This document shows positions 59,906 through 64,000 of a stretch of 64,000 nt of DNA, piece after piece. Every line of letters begins with the position of its first letter. Position 1 is the first letter of the stretch. A model generated the notes under the pieces. The model saw only the letters and a program-made list of their open reading frames with translations, made no database searches and had not been told where the DNA came from. Origin of the DNA: Eledone cirrhosa (Eukaryota); the NCBI GenBank assembly GCA_964016885.1, contig OZ024740.1, positions 93,124,001 through 93,188,000 of the forward strand, given 5' to 3'. Made by a program: the position numbers and the translations under genes.

Positions 59906-59910
<5 letters not shown>
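58215..59910 (+). mobile_element. 5'-truncated PLE, same family as 43335-49925
   Basis: ORF 58267-58878 is highly similar to the C-terminus of 44412-45914; its 3' end (59700-59910) matches 49700-49920. Confidence 0.9.
59720..59858 (+). ncRNA. Long-stem-II hammerhead motif, paralogue of 49718-49872
   Basis: ttattattt CTGAAGA c ag ... ct a GAAAC gatc GTA aaatgatgaa. Confidence 0.68.
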
Positions 59911-59964
<54 letters not shown>

Positions 59965-60074
59965 TGAAAAAAATGAAAACGAAATTTCATTTCTCACTCT
60001 TAGTATGGCACTTACTTAAATGTAAGTATGTATGTATACGTACATACATATATGTATACAGACATACAGTAGCA

Positions 60075-60145
<71 letters not shown>

Positions 60146-60425
60146 GCATACAGGTACACATACATATATGCACGCATCAGTTTAGCCGGCGTTTATTATA
60201 ACGCCGGCCGCTTTGTTCGTTTGTTTGTCAACAAAGCGAACAGCCTGAATTTATGCCATACGGTGTTAAGGCAACCACGTCACCTTTTTGTTCAACACTG
60301 ACACAGGAACGATGTACTAGTTTAAAGCTTGTTAGCTATCATCAGCACCGTTTACCCATCTGCCAGATAGTTGAACGTTCGAAAGTATATACTTTCCTTA
60401 TGAAAATTAACGGCTGAGCAGCCTA

Positions 60426-60433
60426 ATTTGCAT
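60426..60433 (-). promoter_or_regulatory. Octamer motif ATGCAAAT, present in each complete array unit ~75 nt upstream of the HHR
   Basis: Exact octamer sequence; function not shown. Confidence 0.35.
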
Positions 60434-60586
60434 ATTGAGTGAGTTAAATCGATCAGGCATACCGAAAACGATAAGTTGAAAAAAATGAAAACGAAATTTC
60501 ATTTCTCACTCTTAGTATGGCACTTACTTAAATGTAAGTATGTATGTATACGTACATACATATATGTATACAGACGTACAGTAGCA

Positions 60587-60684
<98 letters not shown>

Positions 60685-61136
60685 TATACACATATGCATA
60701 CAGGTACACATACATATATGCACGCATCAGTTTAGCCGGCGTTTATTATAACGCCGGCCGCTTTGTTCGTTTGTTTGTCGACAAAGCGAACAGCCTGAAT
60801 TTATGCCATACGGTGTTAAGGCAACCACGTCACCTTTTTGTTCAACACTGACACAGGAACGATGTACTAGTTTCAATCTTGTTAGCTATCATCAGCACCG
60901 TTTACCCATCTGCCAGATAGTTGAACGTTCGAAAGTATATACTTTCCTTATGAAAATTAACGGCTGAGCAGCCTAATTTGCATATTGAGTGAGTTAAATC
61001 GGTCAGGCATACCGAAAACGATAAGTTGAAAAAAATGAAAACGAAATTTCATTTCTCACTCTTAGTATGGCACTTACTTAAATGTAAGTATGTATGTATA
61101 CGTACATACATATATGTATACAGACGTACAGTAGCA

Positions 61137-61218
<82 letters not shown>

Positions 61219-61403
61219 TATATACATATATATACACATATGCATACAGGTACACATACATATATGCACGCATCAGTTTAGCCGGCGTTTATTATAACGC
61301 CGGCCGCTTTGTTCGTTTGTTTGTCAACAAAGCGAACAGCCTGAATTTATGCCATACGGTGTTAAGGCAACCACGTCACCTTTTTGTTCAACACTGACAC
61401 AGG

Positions 61404-61448
61404 AACGATGTACTAGTTTCAAGCTTGTTAGCTATCATCAGCACCGTT
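61404..61448 (-). ncRNA. Minimal type I hammerhead of the tandem unit (identical at 61934-61978, 62486-62530, 63026-63070, 63560-63604; mutated at 60308-60352 and 60858-60902)
   Basis: Minus strand reads aacggtg CTGATGA t agct aaca agct t GAAAC ta GTA catcgtt; 7-bp stem I with one G-U; palindromic stem III ACTAGT. Confidence 0.8.
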
Positions 61449-61682
61449 TACCCATCTGCCAGATAGTTGAACGTTCGAAAGTATATACTTTCCTTATGAA
61501 AATTAACGGCTGAGCAGCCTAATTTGCATATTGAGTGAGTTAAATCGGTCAGGCATACCGAAAACGATAAGTTGAAAAAAATGAAAACGAAATTTCATTT
61601 CTCACTCTTAGTATGGCACTTACTTAAATGTAAGTATGTATGTATACGTACATACATATATGTATACAGACGTACAGTAGCA

Positions 61683-61760
<78 letters not shown>

Positions 61761-62208
61761 TATACACATATGCATACAGGTACACATACATATATGCACG
61801 CATCAGTTTAGCCGGCGTTTATTATAACGCCGGCCGCTTTGTTCGTTTGTTTGTCAACAAAGCGAACAGCCTGAATTTATGCCATACGGTGTTAAGGCAA
61901 CCACGTCACCTTTTTGTTCAACACTGACACAGGAACGATGTACTAGTTTCAAGCTTGTTAGCTATCATCAGCACCGTTTACCCATCTGCCAGATAGTTGA
62001 ACGTTCGAAAGTATATACTTTCCTTATGAAAATTAACGGCTGAGCAGCCTAATTTGCATATTGAGTGAGTTAAATCGGTCAGGCATACCGAAAACGATAA
62101 GTTGAAAAAAATGAAAACGAAATTTCATTTCTCACTCTTAGTATGGCACTTACTTAAATGTAAGTATGTATACGTACATACATATATGTATACAGACGTA
62201 CAGTAGCA

Positions 62209-62300
<92 letters not shown>

Positions 62301-62764
62301 TATATACATATATATACACATATGCATACAGGTACACATACATATATGCACGCATCAGTTTAGCCGGCGTTTATTATAACGCCGGCCGCTTTGTTCGTTT
62401 GTTTGTCAACAAAGCGAACAGCCTGAATTTATGCCATACGGTGTTAAGGCAACCACGTCACCTTTTTGTTCAACACTGACACAGGAACGATGTACTAGTT
62501 TCAAGCTTGTTAGCTATCATCAGCACCGTTTACCCATCTGCCAGATAGTTGAACGTTCGAAAGTATATACTTTCCTTATGAAAATTAACGGCTGAGCAGC
62601 CTAATTTGCATATTGAGTGAGTTAAATCGGTCAGGCATACCGAAAACGATAAGTTGAAAAAAATGAAAACGAAATTTCATTTCTCACTCTTAGTATGGCA
62701 CTTACTTAAATGTAAGTATGTATGTATACGTACATACATATATGTATACAGACGTACAGTAGCA

Positions 62765-62852
<88 letters not shown>

Positions 62853-63304
62853 TATACACATATGCATACAGGTACACATACATATATGCACGCATCAGTT
62901 TAGCCGGCGTTTATTATAACGCCGGCCGCTTTGTTCGTTTGTTTGTCAACAAAGCGAACAGCCTGAATTTATGCCATACGGTGTTAAGGCAACCACGTCA
63001 CCTTTTTGTTCAACACTGACACAGGAACGATGTACTAGTTTCAAGCTTGTTAGCTATCATCAGCACCGTTTACCCATCTGCCAGATAGTTGAACGTTCGA
63101 AAGTATATACTTTCCTTATGAAAATTAACGGCTGAGCAGCCTAATTTGCATATTGAGTGAGTTAAATCGGTCAGGCATACCGAAAACGATAAGTTGAAAA
63201 AAATGAAAACGAAATTTCATTTCTCACTCTTAGTATGGCACTTACTTAAATGTAAGTATGTATGTATACGTACATACATATATGTATACAGACGTACAGT
63301 AGCA

Positions 63305-63386
<82 letters not shown>

Positions 63387-63838
63387 TATACACATATGCA
63401 TACAGGTACACATACATATATGCACGCATCAGTTTAGCCGGCGTTTATTATAACGCCGGCCGCTTTGTTCGTTTGTTTGTCAACAAAGCGAACAGCCTGA
63501 ATTTATGCCATACGGTGTTAAGGCAACCACGTCACCTTTTTGTTCAACACTAACACAGGAACGATGTACTAGTTTCAAGCTTGTTAGCTATCATCAGCAC
63601 CGTTTACCCATCTGCCAGATAGTTGAAAGTTCGAAAGTATATACTTTCCTTATGAAAATTAACGGCTGAGCAGCCTAATTTGCATATTGAGTGAGTTAAA
63701 TCGGTCAGGCATACCGAAAACGATAAGTTGAAAAAAATGAAAACGAAATTTCATTTCTCACTCTTAGTATGGCACTTACTTAAAGGTAAGTATGTATGTA
63801 TACGTACATACATATATGTATACAGACGTACAGTAGCA

Positions 63839-63924
<86 letters not shown>

Positions 63925-64000
63925 TATACACATATGCATACAGGTACACATACATATATGCACGCATCAGTTTAGCCGGCGTTTATTATAACGCCGGCCG

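Larger units (their letters stand above)
59963..64000 (-). repeat. Tandem array of ~530-552-bp units (7 complete + 1 partial, runs off the window), each with a hammerhead and a variable (TA)n
   Basis: Units begin gttgaaaaaaatgaaaacg on +; HHR-to-HHR spacings are 550, 546, 530, 552, 540 and 534; only scattered SNPs. Confidence 0.97.

Noticed and set aside
59963-64000. CRISPR-like or snRNA/5S gene array interpretation
   Set aside because: Whole units are identical with no unique spacers and no cas genes; no recognisable U snRNA, 5S, tRNA or SL RNA sequence on either strand.

Overview
Eukaryotic, AT-rich, (TA)n/(CA)n-saturated intergenic or intronic DNA. The SINE family and microsatellite load suggest an octopus or other cephalopod genome (inference). 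No host gene is recognisable, and most short Y/I/C/V/H/T-rich ORFs are microsatellite artefacts. The window is a nest of transposon relics: two R4/Dong-type RLE LINEs, about ten Penelope-like element (PLE) copies or fragments inserted in (TA)n (several with inverted pseudo-LTRs), a decayed Helitron RepHel, two short non-autonomous Helitrons, a Chapaev3-like DNA transposon and tRNA-derived SINEs. The notable hidden layer is RNA: type I hammerhead ribozyme (HHR) motifs occur throughout. They include (i) a >4 kb near-identical ~540-bp tandem array at 59963-64000 with one minimal HHR, an octamer motif and several hairpins per unit, a candidate retrozyme / satellite-2-like circular-RNA system; (ii) ~300-bp foldback palindromes with two divergent HHRs; and (iii) PLE HHRs with ~90-115-nt stem II inserts and a recurrent mismatch at the 10.1-11.1 position. 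All folds were read by eye and none has been tested.
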